From positions 1-64,000 of the IMG/VR virus record IMGVR_UViG_3300033141_006329: a stretch of DNA of 64,000 bases; one strand, given 5' to 3'. Every line of letters starts with the position of its first letter. Position 1 is the stretch's first letter. The notes below the pieces were generated by a model. The model made no database searches. It was not told the origin of the DNA and worked only from the letters and a program-made list of their open reading frames with translations. A program made the position numbers and the translations under genes. Shown here in pieces: positions 49,698 to 59,381 of the stretch.

Positions 49698-50751
49698 TAA
49701 TTATCTCTAATATTCTTGCATGTAACTCATCTATCGTATCATCCATTTCAACACTATCTCTTAATGCTTTTCCAACAGTAGAAATATGCAATGGTCTACT
49801 CCATCTGGATACTTCAGAATAATCCAGTACATTAGATAAATTCAATAATTGTTTAAGATAACTAAAACCTATCTCATAACATGCATTAATCTTCATCATA
49901 CAAAAATGGACTGATTCATTGGGCTCATTTACAACTATCATATCGCCCCATCCTCTTTTAACCAATTCTTTATAATCAGAAAGAGAGGATCTCAAATCAC
50001 CTTCTTTAAAATCATACGTAGACAACATAGTTAAAACAGACCACACCGAAGATTTTCCTGTTGACATCATATTCTTTACAAATCTAGGATCAGCTAATTC
50101 TTCACCAGTTGGAGCCAAAAGAATATCTGTAGGATCTTGCTTAAGAGATGATGTTGATAGTATTTTCCTTTTAATCAATCCCATCTTAGATAAAAAACTT
50201 CTTTTGACAAATTTTTTATTTCTAAGATCTTTCATCATGCTTATAATATCACCAACACCTTTTACAGTATATGGTACACATTTTACACCTATTCTTATAA
50301 CTCTCGTACCAGTACCACCTAGTATAGTGGCCTTTATACTAATAGGTATCTCCAATATTGTAGGTTCTAATCCTATAGTAGTAAAAAATTGAATTCCTTT
50401 GGGTATCTCGATTTTTTCTGGTTCAGTGAATGTTGATCTAGCAGTAGGGTCTTCATCTGGTTTAGTAACCATACCTGTTGCTATTTTATATAAATCTCCA
50501 GCAGCTTGTCTTTTCTCTTTTGTAGTAATTGGCACAGATGGTTTTGGACCAGCCTCCGATACAATATTCATAGATTCGGATCTAGCTGTTTTAAATAGTC
50601 CGCTATATTTTTTTAAAACCGCTGCTCTAAAAGTGGCACTGTTTATTAAAAGGATATTTCTTTCTACCATCTTAGCCAGAGCAGGAACCAATCGTGGGTT
50701 AACATTTGGGCTAACCATAGTAGGAACAACAAACAATGCTTCCATATTCAA
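49690..50751 (-). CDS. hypothetical, probable virion protein
   Basis: 353-aa ORF in the late cluster. Confidence 0.55.
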   Translation of the reverse strand: MNMEALFVVPTMVSPNVNPRLVPALAKMVERNILLINSATFRAAVLKKYSGLFKTARSESMNIVSEAGPKPSVPITTKEKRQAAGDLYKIATGMVTKPDEDPTARSTFTEPEKIEIPKGIQFFTTIGLEPTILEIPISIKATILGGTGTRVIRIGVKCVPYTVKGVGDIISMMKDLRNKKFVKRSFLSKMGLIKRKILSTSSLKQDPTDILLAPTGEELADPRFVKNMMSTGKSSVWSVLTMLSTYDFKEGDLRSSLSDYKELVKRGWGDMIVVNEPNESVHFCMMKINACYEIGFSYLKQLLNLSNVLDYSEVSRWSRPLHISTVGKALRDSVEMDDTIDELHARILEIING

Positions 50752-50941
50752 ACTCCTTATCTAGAGCCAGGGTATATCTGACCCTGGTTCTTTAATATCT
50801 ATTTTCTTATTAGTTTTATTTTTAACCTCAGATCTTTTAACCGTTGGTAGTTTCCTAACTTTTTTAGATGAATTTTGTTTACTTATCATATCATCAATAA
50901 GTTGTAAGTTTACTACTTTAGGTTTCTTTTCAAACACAATT

Positions 50942-51460
50942 CTATTGTAATGCCATGTCTATTAGGGAGTCTCTTAATGATTTGGAAGCATCTATTAATA
51001 CTTTACCTTTCCAGTCGTCTAATTGCTTTTTGTTCTCTTTGCTCAATACAGATTCAAACATCATAGAATCCAATGCTACAGCATTTCGTCTCTTCATTAC
51101 AACATATCTAGCAACCAAATCCTCTTCTAAATCCTCAACATTGCCCATCTCTTTTATTTCTTCTTTGACCATCTTTAATACAGAAGCTTTTTCTAAAAGA
51201 TCTTTAGCTCTTGCTTTAGCTTTTTTTGCAGATTCATTTGCAGATACGGCCATCTCAGCAACATTTTTAAATTTTATATCTGAAGAAAAATTAACCTTCT
51301 TATAAATTTCAAATAGATTGCTAAGGAATGCACCTTTTGCTGTAAGGAATTTATTTAAATCTTCTTGTTCCTCAATAGCTTCTCTGGCAGGTTTTCCGAA
51401 TAATACAGCATCAATACCAAACCAGTGTTTTAATACCTCTGTTTTTACATTCTTGTCCAT
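50942..51460 (-). CDS. helical hypothetical, probable virion protein
   Basis: preceded by the GGACAAACTA motif and AAGGAG. Confidence 0.55.
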   Translation of the reverse strand: MDKNVKTEVLKHWFGIDAVLFGKPAREAIEEQEDLNKFLTAKGAFLSNLFEIYKKVNFSSDIKFKNVAEMAVSANESAKKAKARAKDLLEKASVLKMVKEEIKEMGNVEDLEEDLVARYVVMKRRNAVALDSMMFESVLSKENKKQLDDWKGKVLIDASKSLRDSLIDMALQ

Positions 51461-51537
51461 CTAATAACTCCTTTTTCTATAGTTAAACATATGTGGATTT
51501 TCGAGTAAATATCCACTAAAACATTCGTCTATCTTTG

Positions 51538-51547
51538 TAGTTTGTCC
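51538..51547 (-). promoter_or_regulatory. GGACAAAYTA motif
   Basis: about 80 nt upstream of the 51460 start. Confidence 0.55.
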
Positions 51548-51549
51548 TG

Positions 51550-52842
51550 TTAGATTTCAGTGGGATCATCCATATCAAAATCTGCATTGTACTTATCTAA
51601 ATATTCTGTCTTTAATACATCTTGAACTTCCTCTAAAAAGGCTTTTTTTAATTCTGGGGATTTTCTACAGATTCTTGGAAGTGTAACTTGTTGGAATTTT
51701 GGGCCTGGACAAGATGTCAATTTATACCATCCTTTACTATGATGAACTATTCTTTTTGCATCCTTCAATAATTCATAGTTTGTATACGTATTATTAAATC
51801 CTCGTTCAAAATTAAAAACTAGATTTATGGGGATATTGGGTGAAAATAATTTATTCTTAATTGCCTTGCATAATACTTTAGATCCATGAAATCCGTACTC
51901 ACCACCTATGTCACCAATTGCCCTAAGATATAATAATTGTATACTATTAAATAATATAGATCTACCTCCAGGAATATCATCATTTGGTAGATATCGAAGG
52001 GTGGCTGGTTTTTTATTGAATATAGAAATATCTATTTTAGATCTCAATTGGTTTATAGCCAATAAAGTTATATTGTATTTCACCAATTTTGGAACATATC
52101 GGGGCAACATATATGATAATATTCTAGCCTTTAATCCCATAAGTTTATTAAGATCCTCTTCATTTTCTGCTTTCTTAGGGTTTGTATTTGCTATACTATC
52201 CCATACTATAACAGATGGTATGTCTACAATTTTCTGATCTTCTTTAAATTTACACATTCCTTCTATCATCTGAAATACAGATTCTACAAAGATTCGCGGT
52301 GTTGGTCTTAAATCTTCTACGCCTAATTGTCTCAAGCGTCTTTCAGTAGTTATATCTTCAGAATCCATATATGCACAAGTAAATTTTTTCCCCCATCTTT
52401 TCTGACCAGATGCTAAAATATTACCGGCCAATGCACTCTTACCAGATCCTGGCATGCCTACAACCATTACTAAACCAGAACCTATACCACCGCCTAATAT
52501 AGTATCTAATAAATCAATACCTGTTGGTATAATTGATCTGGGTTTTGTTTCTACTTCTATATCATAACTATCTTTAAGATGTGTTTCAAATAATTTAGAT
52601 AAATCTTCAACAGATTCACTTTCCTCGGCTGTTAATTCTTTAGACTTATCTAATGTTTCTTCTTCAAGTACTACTTTCTTCTCTATCTCCTTCTTTGTTT
52701 GTTTAATCGCAGGAGTTAGTTTCTCCTTTGTTGTCTGTTTTGTTTCCTGTTTTGCTCTCGCTACCATCTTTTTTTGCCCCTTCTTTTTTTGATTTTTCTC
52801 TGAGTACCATCTCCATAGCCTTAGCATATGCGCGTATGGCAT
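51550..52842 (-). CDS. recA: RecA/UvsX-family recombinase (likely start MVARAK at 52767)
   Basis: PTGIDLLDTILGGG, GMPGSGKS, VWDSIA, INQLR, PGG. Confidence 0.9.
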   Translation of the reverse strand: MPYAHMLRLWRWYSEKNQKKKGQKKMVARAKQETKQTTKEKLTPAIKQTKKEIEKKVVLEEETLDKSKELTAEESESVEDLSKLFETHLKDSYDIEVETKPRSIIPTGIDLLDTILGGGIGSGLVMVVGMPGSGKSALAGNILASGQKRWGKKFTCAYMDSEDITTERRLRQLGVEDLRPTPRIFVESVFQMIEGMCKFKEDQKIVDIPSVIVWDSIANTNPKKAENEEDLNKLMGLKARILSYMLPRYVPKLVKYNITLLAINQLRSKIDISIFNKKPATLRYLPNDDIPGGRSILFNSIQLLYLRAIGDIGGEYGFHGSKVLCKAIKNKLFSPNIPINLVFNFERGFNNTYTNYELLKDAKRIVHHSKGWYKLTSCPGPKFQQVTLPRICRKSPELKKAFLEEVQDVLKTEYLDKYNADFDMDDPTEI

Positions 52843-53137
52843 CTGGTTGGTCAGAACTTTCTTCTTCTGTAGTTTTTCTTCTCATATCTGTTTCCAATTT
52901 TATAGATGAGTCTATCTGTCCTCTAACAGCAAGCTCACTCTTTATAATCTCTGTAACAGTTTTCATACGTTCTGCTATAAGAAACTTTTTTCTATAGTCA
53001 GTTGTTTTTGGCAATATAGCATCTAGATTACCCCGAAAATCTGTTATATCACCTAACATATCATGTAAACTACTTCTATTTTCTTTAAGCTCTTTTAATA
53101 GTTTCTGTATCTCATCAGCAGTGCTAATATCACTCAT
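52703..53137 (-). CDS. coiled-coil protein
   Basis: heptad-rich 144 aa, downstream of the actin-like gene. Confidence 0.6.
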   Translation of the reverse strand: MSDISTADEIQKLLKELKENRSSLHDMLGDITDFRGNLDAILPKTTDYRKKFLIAERMKTVTEIIKSELAVRGQIDSSIKLETDMRRKTTEEESSDQPDAIRAYAKAMEMVLREKSKKEGAKKDGSESKTGNKTDNKGETNSCD

Positions 53138-53139
53138 TC

Positions 53140-53238
53140 TTAACCCTGTAGTATCTTTAAGTTTGGATTACTGGTCAATATATCTGGCACATTTTCGAGT
53201 ACCTCTATCGGCTGTGATGACTTATTTTGGTCCTTCAT
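53140..53238 (-). CDS. possible 32-aa peptide
   Basis: GAAGGA RBS; MKDQNKSSQPIEVLENVPDILTSNPNLKILQG bridges the actin stop to the next ATG. Confidence 0.35.
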   Translation of the reverse strand: MKDQNKSSQPIEVLENVPDILTSNPNLKILQG

Positions 53239-54319
53239 TTTTTGATCCTTCTTTTTTTTCTTCTGGTTTTTGTCCATCTTTTTTCTCCTTTTTTGATTGT
53301 TGTGATGTTGCATATAATAAACAACCTTCTGCAACTGCTGTTAACGGATCCTCTGCTTGTCTTATTTCAGATATAGCATATGGAAAATTTTTAGTATTAT
53401 CAAATATGGATTTAAACATATCTAAAAATCCTTTAGGCTTACTAGTGCCACCACTGACTATTATAGGAATCTTTTCATCTATACTTAGACCTTCGGCATT
53501 CTGATTAAACTTTGCTATTATAACTTTCAATACATATTCTATGAGTGATTTATAATAAAAACTCACAGCCCCTCGAATTCTTCTTTCCCTTTTATCTGCA
53601 CACATAGGATTCATAAGATCGAAATCAGGTTTTTCTTTTATAGCCGTAACTCTATTTGGTATTATATTCAGAGATAAAGCTGCATTAGCATCAATCCAAT
53701 CCCCGGCTCTACTTACTGCAAATGTTAGTGTTGGTATACCTTTATATGAACATGCTATATTAGTTAGTCCTGCACCAAAACTACAGGCTATGCCACTATA
53801 TTTTTCTTTCTTACATTGAGAATAAATAATAGCCATTGCTTCATTCAATGGTTTAGATTTATAACCTAAAGTTGAAAAAATTGAATTGAATACTCGCTCA
53901 TGATATAATACTGGGGGTATCTCTAAATCGATGGCTGCTTCGGGTATCGAATATACACAATAACCATCATCCACTTTTCCGCCTATTAATCTTTCCATCA
54001 TCAATGTCAATACATCTAGGGCATCTATTTCTTCTGGTGATATGACCCCCTGCGCCATAGGTCTTTTAACCTTATAATTAAACATATTGGCAAACCTATA
54101 GGCATCTTCCCCTATTATATATAATGATTTAGAATCATTCATTCCGTCATCATATTCCACATAATCTATTCCTGTATCAGTTAAATCAGATAGATTAGAA
54201 AAATCATCTGTTACTGGTACAAACATATTTCTCATCGAAGAAATTTTAGCCTTTCCTCCCTGTATTTGCTTGGCGCACACGCAGAACATGGTCCCTATAT
54301 CACATCCTATGATTTGCAT
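53222..54319 (-). CDS. actin-fold ATPase, volactin/MreB-like
   Basis: DIGTMF (phosphate 1), NEAMAIIYS (connect 1), SFGAGLT (phosphate 2), SGGTS (adenosine), DPLTAVAEG (connect 2). Confidence 0.88.
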   Translation of the reverse strand: MQIIGCDIGTMFCVCAKQIQGGKAKISSMRNMFVPVTDDFSNLSDLTDTGIDYVEYDDGMNDSKSLYIIGEDAYRFANMFNYKVKRPMAQGVISPEEIDALDVLTLMMERLIGGKVDDGYCVYSIPEAAIDLEIPPVLYHERVFNSIFSTLGYKSKPLNEAMAIIYSQCKKEKYSGIACSFGAGLTNIACSYKGIPTLTFAVSRAGDWIDANAALSLNIIPNRVTAIKEKPDFDLMNPMCADKRERRIRGAVSFYYKSLIEYVLKVIIAKFNQNAEGLSIDEKIPIIVSGGTSKPKGFLDMFKSIFDNTKNFPYAISEIRQAEDPLTAVAEGCLLYATSQQSKKEKKDGQKPEEKKEGSKNEGPK

Positions 54320-54660
54320 TACCTATCCTCCTTATCAAAATCAAGAAAATCTACTAGATCGGATTCTAAATCCAATTCTTTAACCGTCGATTTATCTTCT
54401 TTCATATTTGTTTTAAACTCAGAAACATTTATTTCTGGAATAAATATATCACTGTTATCTGTAATTTTTAGTTTGTCCGTCTGAGTGTGTGGGTTTTCAG
54501 ATATTACATTATTTAAGGATATATTAGAAACTGCATCCAATACTCTATCTATTTTTAATTCTAATGTATCTATTCTATCCTCTAATCTAGCTAAATTATT
54601 ATCATACTCTTTAACTTTTTTCTGGAATTTCTCATTTGCTTCTTGTGCCTTCATGCTCAT
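54319..54660 (-). CDS. coiled-coil protein translationally coupled to the actin-like gene
   Basis: LARLEDRIDTLELKIDRVL; stop/start overlap at 54319. Confidence 0.65.
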   Translation of the reverse strand: MSMKAQEANEKFQKKVKEYDNNLARLEDRIDTLELKIDRVLDAVSNISLNNVISENPHTQTDKLKITDNSDIFIPEINVSEFKTNMKEDKSTVKELDLESDLVDFLDFDKEDR

Positions 54661-55247
54661 AGCATATACTCCTCTTGAAGTGTGGTACCTGAATACATAA
54701 ATGGTTCTATTAAGTTACACCAATTGTACGGAGAATGAGGCACTATTTCAAAATTTAATTTATAGATACAACTATTCTTAAATTTAGACGTTACAACATT
54801 ACCACAATTCCCACAAAAATTAAGATCCGTATTCCTTTTTAGTAGTATATGAAATTCATTAAGACTTAGAAACTGATCTGACCACATTTCAATATTATCT
54901 GCTCTGTAATAAATATTCTCATCAAATCTACCATTCATATAAACCCAAGAATAATCATCAACAAATAAGTTTCTAATAGCGCATCCTCTTAGTCCATGTT
55001 GTATTATATTCGGAGCGTGTACTACATTTTTAATAGGATTTTTTAAATTATCTATATGCAATTCAAATATATTATTAATGTTTATAAAATTATTATAAAT
55101 ATGTCGTTTATCAGATCCTGGTAAAGGAGATGATACAATCAACCATGTTCCGAATGGATCTTTCTTATAACTCTCTAGAAAATGTTTATAACAAATTGTA
55201 GTTTTACCTGACTGTCTCGGTGCAATATTTAATGTTCTCATCCGCAT
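54657..55247 (-). CDS. short P-loop protein
   Basis: APRQSGKT and LFVDD, terminase/helicase-like fragment. Confidence 0.45.
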   Translation of the reverse strand: MRMRTLNIAPRQSGKTTICYKHFLESYKKDPFGTWLIVSSPLPGSDKRHIYNNFININNIFELHIDNLKNPIKNVVHAPNIIQHGLRGCAIRNLFVDDYSWVYMNGRFDENIYYRADNIEMWSDQFLSLNEFHILLKRNTDLNFCGNCGNVVTSKFKNSCIYKLNFEIVPHSPYNWCNLIEPFMYSGTTLQEEYML

Positions 55248-57943
55248 GCTCCCGAATTTGCACCACAGTTATTACAATTAAAACAAGATCCTACTCTCTG
55301 CATAAGTTCTCCACATACGTCACATATTGGGGTAGAGTCATCAGAAGATGCTTTGTTTGTCTCTATCTTACTTTCTTGTTTCTCTTCCTTTATCTCTTTT
55401 ATTAATCCTAATGATAATTTATCATTTTCTGATAAAAATTTATTACCCAGATATCTTGCTAAATAGTCCACTATAGAAGTTGCAAATCTTATATCTTCAT
55501 TTCTCGTTATACCAGCTGGTTCAAATCTAGAATACATTAGTTTGGATACTATATCTCTAAGTGGTACTCCATATTGTAAACACGTACTAACCATTATAGC
55601 AAGTGAATCTAATAATCCTGATAGTGTACTGCCTTGTTTAGAAACAGTAAGAAATATTTCTCCTATTTTTCCTGTAGGGTATTTGCCTATTGTTAAATAA
55701 CCCTCAACTGCTCCTATAGAAAATTTATGAATAAATGCATCTCTTTCTTCGGGTAGCTTTGATCTGAACGGTTCACATTCTTCACATTTCTTACATTCGT
55801 TTCTAATATTCTGTTTAACATCTTTTTCATTTCTTAATGGTTGATATACCTTTGAACCATCTCTGTAGACAGTTACTCCTTTTAAACCTCTTCGCCACGC
55901 TTCTAGATATAATTTATATATATCATCTACAGTTACATAAGAAGGAAGATTAATTGTTTTTGATATTGCGCCGGATAAAAATGGTTGTACTGATTCCAAC
56001 ATTTTTATATGACCCATATAATCTATACACCGCTTACCATTGTTTGGAATACTTGCAGTATCAAATATAGAAATATGATTTTTATTCAAAACATTACTAT
56101 TTTCTAAATGTCCTTCAGAACATAGTTCTTCTATAATTCTTCCTGTATCATATTCCGAATATTGTAAATTCTCCAAAGCTTCTCTTACTGAATTGTTTAC
56201 AGTTTTTATTATTGCTCCTTTATTACCCGATAATGTCTTATATTTAATAAGAGAATAATCTGGCTCTACTCCGAATGTATCACAATCCATCATAAAAGAC
56301 GTTGTTCCTGTAGGGGCTAATAGTGTTGCCTGAGAATTTCTAAACCCTCTATTATCATCTATCTTACTTTTAATATCATCCCAAATCTTAATAACATCTT
56401 TACTTAACTGATTTATAATATTTTTTTTGTCAGATATTATAGTAGATGTATTATCTATTAATTTTTTTTGATTATCATAATGCTGATTCAATACTTTATA
56501 AAAAGGTTTTTTATTTTCTTCAAATTTTTCAAATGACCCCTGCTTATCTGCTAATATATTACTCGTATCATATGCAATTCCCGTTAATAAAGCTGTTATC
56601 AAACCTGCAATATTTCTACCATCATCACTATCATAAGATAATCCTAACCACATTAACAATGCTCCGAGATTAGAATATCCCAATCCTAATGGTCTAAACA
56701 TATGTGAATTCTTAGTTATTTTTCTTGATGGGTATGAAGAGTTATCTACTATTATATCCTGAGCAGTTATAATTGTCCGAACTATATCCTTAAATCTTTT
56801 TGTATCGAATATTATATCTCCTTTATTATTTTTATAAAAACACTTTCGTAGATTTATAGATGCGAGATTACATGAAAGGTTTCCTGGCGCTGCTAGAAAT
56901 TCGCTACAAGGATTACTTGTCTTTATTTCTCCGCTATTAGCACATGTATTCCATCTATTTATATTTCCCGAAAATTGAACTCCAGGATCGGCAGTTTTCC
57001 AAGCAATCTCAGATATTTCTTTTAGTAAATTTCTTGCCTTAAATTTCTCACATCTTTCACCTGTAAGAACATATTTAGTCCACCATTCACCATCCTTCTC
57101 AACTTGTTCCATAAACTCATCAGATAATCTAACCGATATATTTGTATTTTGAAAAAAGACCTCATCCGACATCTCGTACCCATCACTATTAACAAATCCT
57201 GATTCTTTCAACATATGTAATTTGAGTTCTTCATTTTCCTTACAATGTATAAATTTTTGAATATCAGGATAAATATCGTCAATGCAAACCAACTTGGCAG
57301 ATCTTCTTAACGTTCCACCGGATCGAATTATTCCAGCCGATGTGTCAGCTGCTTTTAAAAAGGATACAGCTCCACTCGCAAATCCCCCGCCTCTAACTCT
57401 CTCTTTAGAACTCCTCAATGAAGATAAGTTTGAACCACTTCCACTTCCTCCTTTAAATATAGCTGCCTCAAGCTTAATATTATCATAAATACTTTCCATA
57501 TTATCTTCCACATCTAAGAGGAAACAAGCTGAACATTGGGGTTTATCTACAATACCAACATTGAAATATATAGGTGAATTAAATGTAAAATACTGATTTA
57601 TTTGATAGTATTTAAGCTTATATTTAAAATCTTCATACTCATCATCAACAAAATATCCATCCTTTTTACCCCAGTCAGATATTGTGTTTGCTACCCTATC
57701 AATCATTTGTCTTATTGAATTTTCTTTTACCTTAGCATTATTGCATAAATATTTACTACTGACTATCTTAACAGCAGCATCACTAAATGTATCTGGAAAT
57801 TCGACCTCTTCATCAAAAATTATATTACCATCCTTATCTTCTATCTTAGCTTGTCTTTTAACAAATTTTATTTCCTTGTATGGATCTTTTTTATCGTTTG
57901 TAGAACGCATTGTATCCTTTTGTTTTTCTTCGGGCTTTCCCAT
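55238..57943 (-). CDS. nrdJ: class II (B12-dependent) ribonucleotide reductase with TSCPD/Zn-ribbon tail
   Basis: NSPIYFN, SACF, RRSAK, NPCSE, APTGT, KGVTVYRDG, CDVC...CNNC. Confidence 0.92.
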   Translation of the reverse strand: MGKPEEKQKDTMRSTNDKKDPYKEIKFVKRQAKIEDKDGNIIFDEEVEFPDTFSDAAVKIVSSKYLCNNAKVKENSIRQMIDRVANTISDWGKKDGYFVDDEYEDFKYKLKYYQINQYFTFNSPIYFNVGIVDKPQCSACFLLDVEDNMESIYDNIKLEAAIFKGGSGSGSNLSSLRSSKERVRGGGFASGAVSFLKAADTSAGIIRSGGTLRRSAKLVCIDDIYPDIQKFIHCKENEELKLHMLKESGFVNSDGYEMSDEVFFQNTNISVRLSDEFMEQVEKDGEWWTKYVLTGERCEKFKARNLLKEISEIAWKTADPGVQFSGNINRWNTCANSGEIKTSNPCSEFLAAPGNLSCNLASINLRKCFYKNNKGDIIFDTKRFKDIVRTIITAQDIIVDNSSYPSRKITKNSHMFRPLGLGYSNLGALLMWLGLSYDSDDGRNIAGLITALLTGIAYDTSNILADKQGSFEKFEENKKPFYKVLNQHYDNQKKLIDNTSTIISDKKNIINQLSKDVIKIWDDIKSKIDDNRGFRNSQATLLAPTGTTSFMMDCDTFGVEPDYSLIKYKTLSGNKGAIIKTVNNSVREALENLQYSEYDTGRIIEELCSEGHLENSNVLNKNHISIFDTASIPNNGKRCIDYMGHIKMLESVQPFLSGAISKTINLPSYVTVDDIYKLYLEAWRRGLKGVTVYRDGSKVYQPLRNEKDVKQNIRNECKKCEECEPFRSKLPEERDAFIHKFSIGAVEGYLTIGKYPTGKIGEIFLTVSKQGSTLSGLLDSLAIMVSTCLQYGVPLRDIVSKLMYSRFEPAGITRNEDIRFATSIVDYLARYLGNKFLSENDKLSLGLIKEIKEEKQESKIETNKASSDDSTPICDVCGELMQRVGSCFNCNNCGANSGACG

Positions 57944-57964
57944 TAACTACTCTCCTTTTCTAAC

Positions 57965-58375
57965 TTAATCTTGATCTTTTGATTTTACCAATAACCAACT
58001 GTTTTCTTTGCTATTAGTCCCTTTAAATTTTATTAATGCATAATTTCCATGCATTGGTGATCCTGTAACTTTAAATTTTATAACTTTATTATGATGCCAA
58101 CCTAAAATCTCTGCACTTCCTTTCTGCTCTATTTTAACATTCCCTGCACCATACGATCCTCCAGGTATATCTCCTTGGAATCTAAGCCATGATTTATCAT
58201 GGTCTTGTGTTTTTATAGCCAAAACTTTGTCCCCAATCTTCTTAGGTAAATTTGCTTTGGGTATTGCCCAGGAAGCTAATTTATTTCCATATGGGAGTTG
58301 TAGTCTTAGGTCATAATGTTTACCTGCTCTTTTAGCCTGATGTAATTGTAATATAAATGGTACTGATTTAGACAT
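57965..58375 (-). CDS. stand-alone LigD 3'-phosphoesterase (PE) domain
   Basis: QLHQAKRAGKHYDLRL, SWAIPK, LAIKTQDH, IPGGSYGAG. Confidence 0.88.
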   Translation of the reverse strand: MSKSVPFILQLHQAKRAGKHYDLRLQLPYGNKLASWAIPKANLPKKIGDKVLAIKTQDHDKSWLRFQGDIPGGSYGAGNVKIEQKGSAEILGWHHNKVIKFKVTGSPMHGNYALIKFKGTNSKENSWLLVKSKDQD

Positions 58376-58943
58376 GTGTGTCAGACTCCTCTCCTAAATG
58401 TCTATCTAACATTTTCTCGATTGACTCTGTTTCTATTTTTAAAATATCTTCTAATTTCCAAACGAACAAAGTATTATCTAAAACATTCACTTTCATATCA
58501 TAATTCAATCCAAAATAATCATGAAATAAACCATATACATAAGCTGTTGATATAAAAAGTGCAGGCTTATAATTTTCCTTTGCTATTAGGACTGGTTCTT
58601 TATATACGCTATCTGCTTGTACTACTGCCTCATTCCAAAAACTTAATATACCAGTCTTCTTCCCTGTAATTAATCCCCACAAATTTATATTCTTATAAAA
58701 TTTTATTTCTATAGAAAAGAATCTCCTAAATTTATCTGAGATACCTCGACACGTAGAAGAAATATCTCCATCTTGTCCTTCTGTTCTGATATTCTTTTTT
58801 ACTCGTGTAGTATGCCTAGAACCTGATCCATGAGTCCTCCAAAATAGATCATCTCTTTCACCTTTAGACAGCCAGATAGATAATTGCTTTGCTATATTTC
58901 TTTCGTACTCAGCTCCTTTGCTATGACCATTGATCTTACTCAT
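58368..58943 (-). CDS. Holliday-junction resolvase-like PD-(D/E)XK nuclease
   Basis: KGAEYERNIA, RTHGSG, GDI, SIEIK. Confidence 0.75.
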   Translation of the reverse strand: MSKINGHSKGAEYERNIAKQLSIWLSKGERDDLFWRTHGSGSRHTTRVKKNIRTEGQDGDISSTCRGISDKFRRFFSIEIKFYKNINLWGLITGKKTGILSFWNEAVVQADSVYKEPVLIAKENYKPALFISTAYVYGLFHDYFGLNYDMKVNVLDNTLFVWKLEDILKIETESIEKMLDRHLGEESDTHV

Positions 58944-58961
58944 GTTGTCCCTCCGTTGACG

Positions 58962-58978
58962 TTTTTAATTTGTCCAGT
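58962..58978 (-). promoter_or_regulatory. ACTGGACAAATTAAAAA motif
   Basis: 17-nt exact match to 61309-61325. Confidence 0.6.
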
Positions 58979-58992
58979 TTATATACTGGATT

Positions 58993-59370
58993 TTAACGAT
59001 GAAATCTATCGAATTCGCTCTTTAATTCCTCATATTTATTATTCAAGTGATCATATTGCATTCTCAAATCTTTATTCTCTCTATCCAGATAATTACATCT
59101 TTCTTCAAAATCACACTTGCTATCAACAACTTGTATATCAAGTCTCTTGGCATAATGCTTACTATTATGTATACCAAAATAATCTGTTAATCTCCAAAAC
59201 AGATCGACCAACGAATCAGACATTGCCTCAAAATCATCATCATCACTATAACAATCTTCTTTATCCTGAAATACTTCCCCTCCCCATTCAGTTGTCTCTT
59301 CTTCTTGTGTTGAAGTATTCCTTAATATAAACCCATTGTCAACTCTTTCTATTTCACAAGCCCACTTCAT
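58993..59370 (-). CDS. hypothetical protein with C-terminal coiled coil
   Basis: 125-aa ORF. Confidence 0.55.
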   Translation of the reverse strand: MKWACEIERVDNGFILRNTSTQEEETTEWGGEVFQDKEDCYSDDDDFEAMSDSLVDLFWRLTDYFGIHNSKHYAKRLDIQVVDSKCDFEERCNYLDRENKDLRMQYDHLNNKYEELKSEFDRFHR

Positions 59371-59381
59371 TTTTACCCCTC

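Noticed and set aside
50762-50790. Hairpin CCAGGGT/ACCCTGG as a terminator
   Set aside because: No U-tract, and it lies at the end of a possible small basic ORF.
53140-53334. 64-aa ORF as called in the track
   Set aside because: It mostly overlaps the actin C-terminus; only the last 32 codons have an RBS-supported start.
54657-55247. Terminase large subunit
   Set aside because: Only a short Walker A/B fragment (196 aa), with no nuclease domain.
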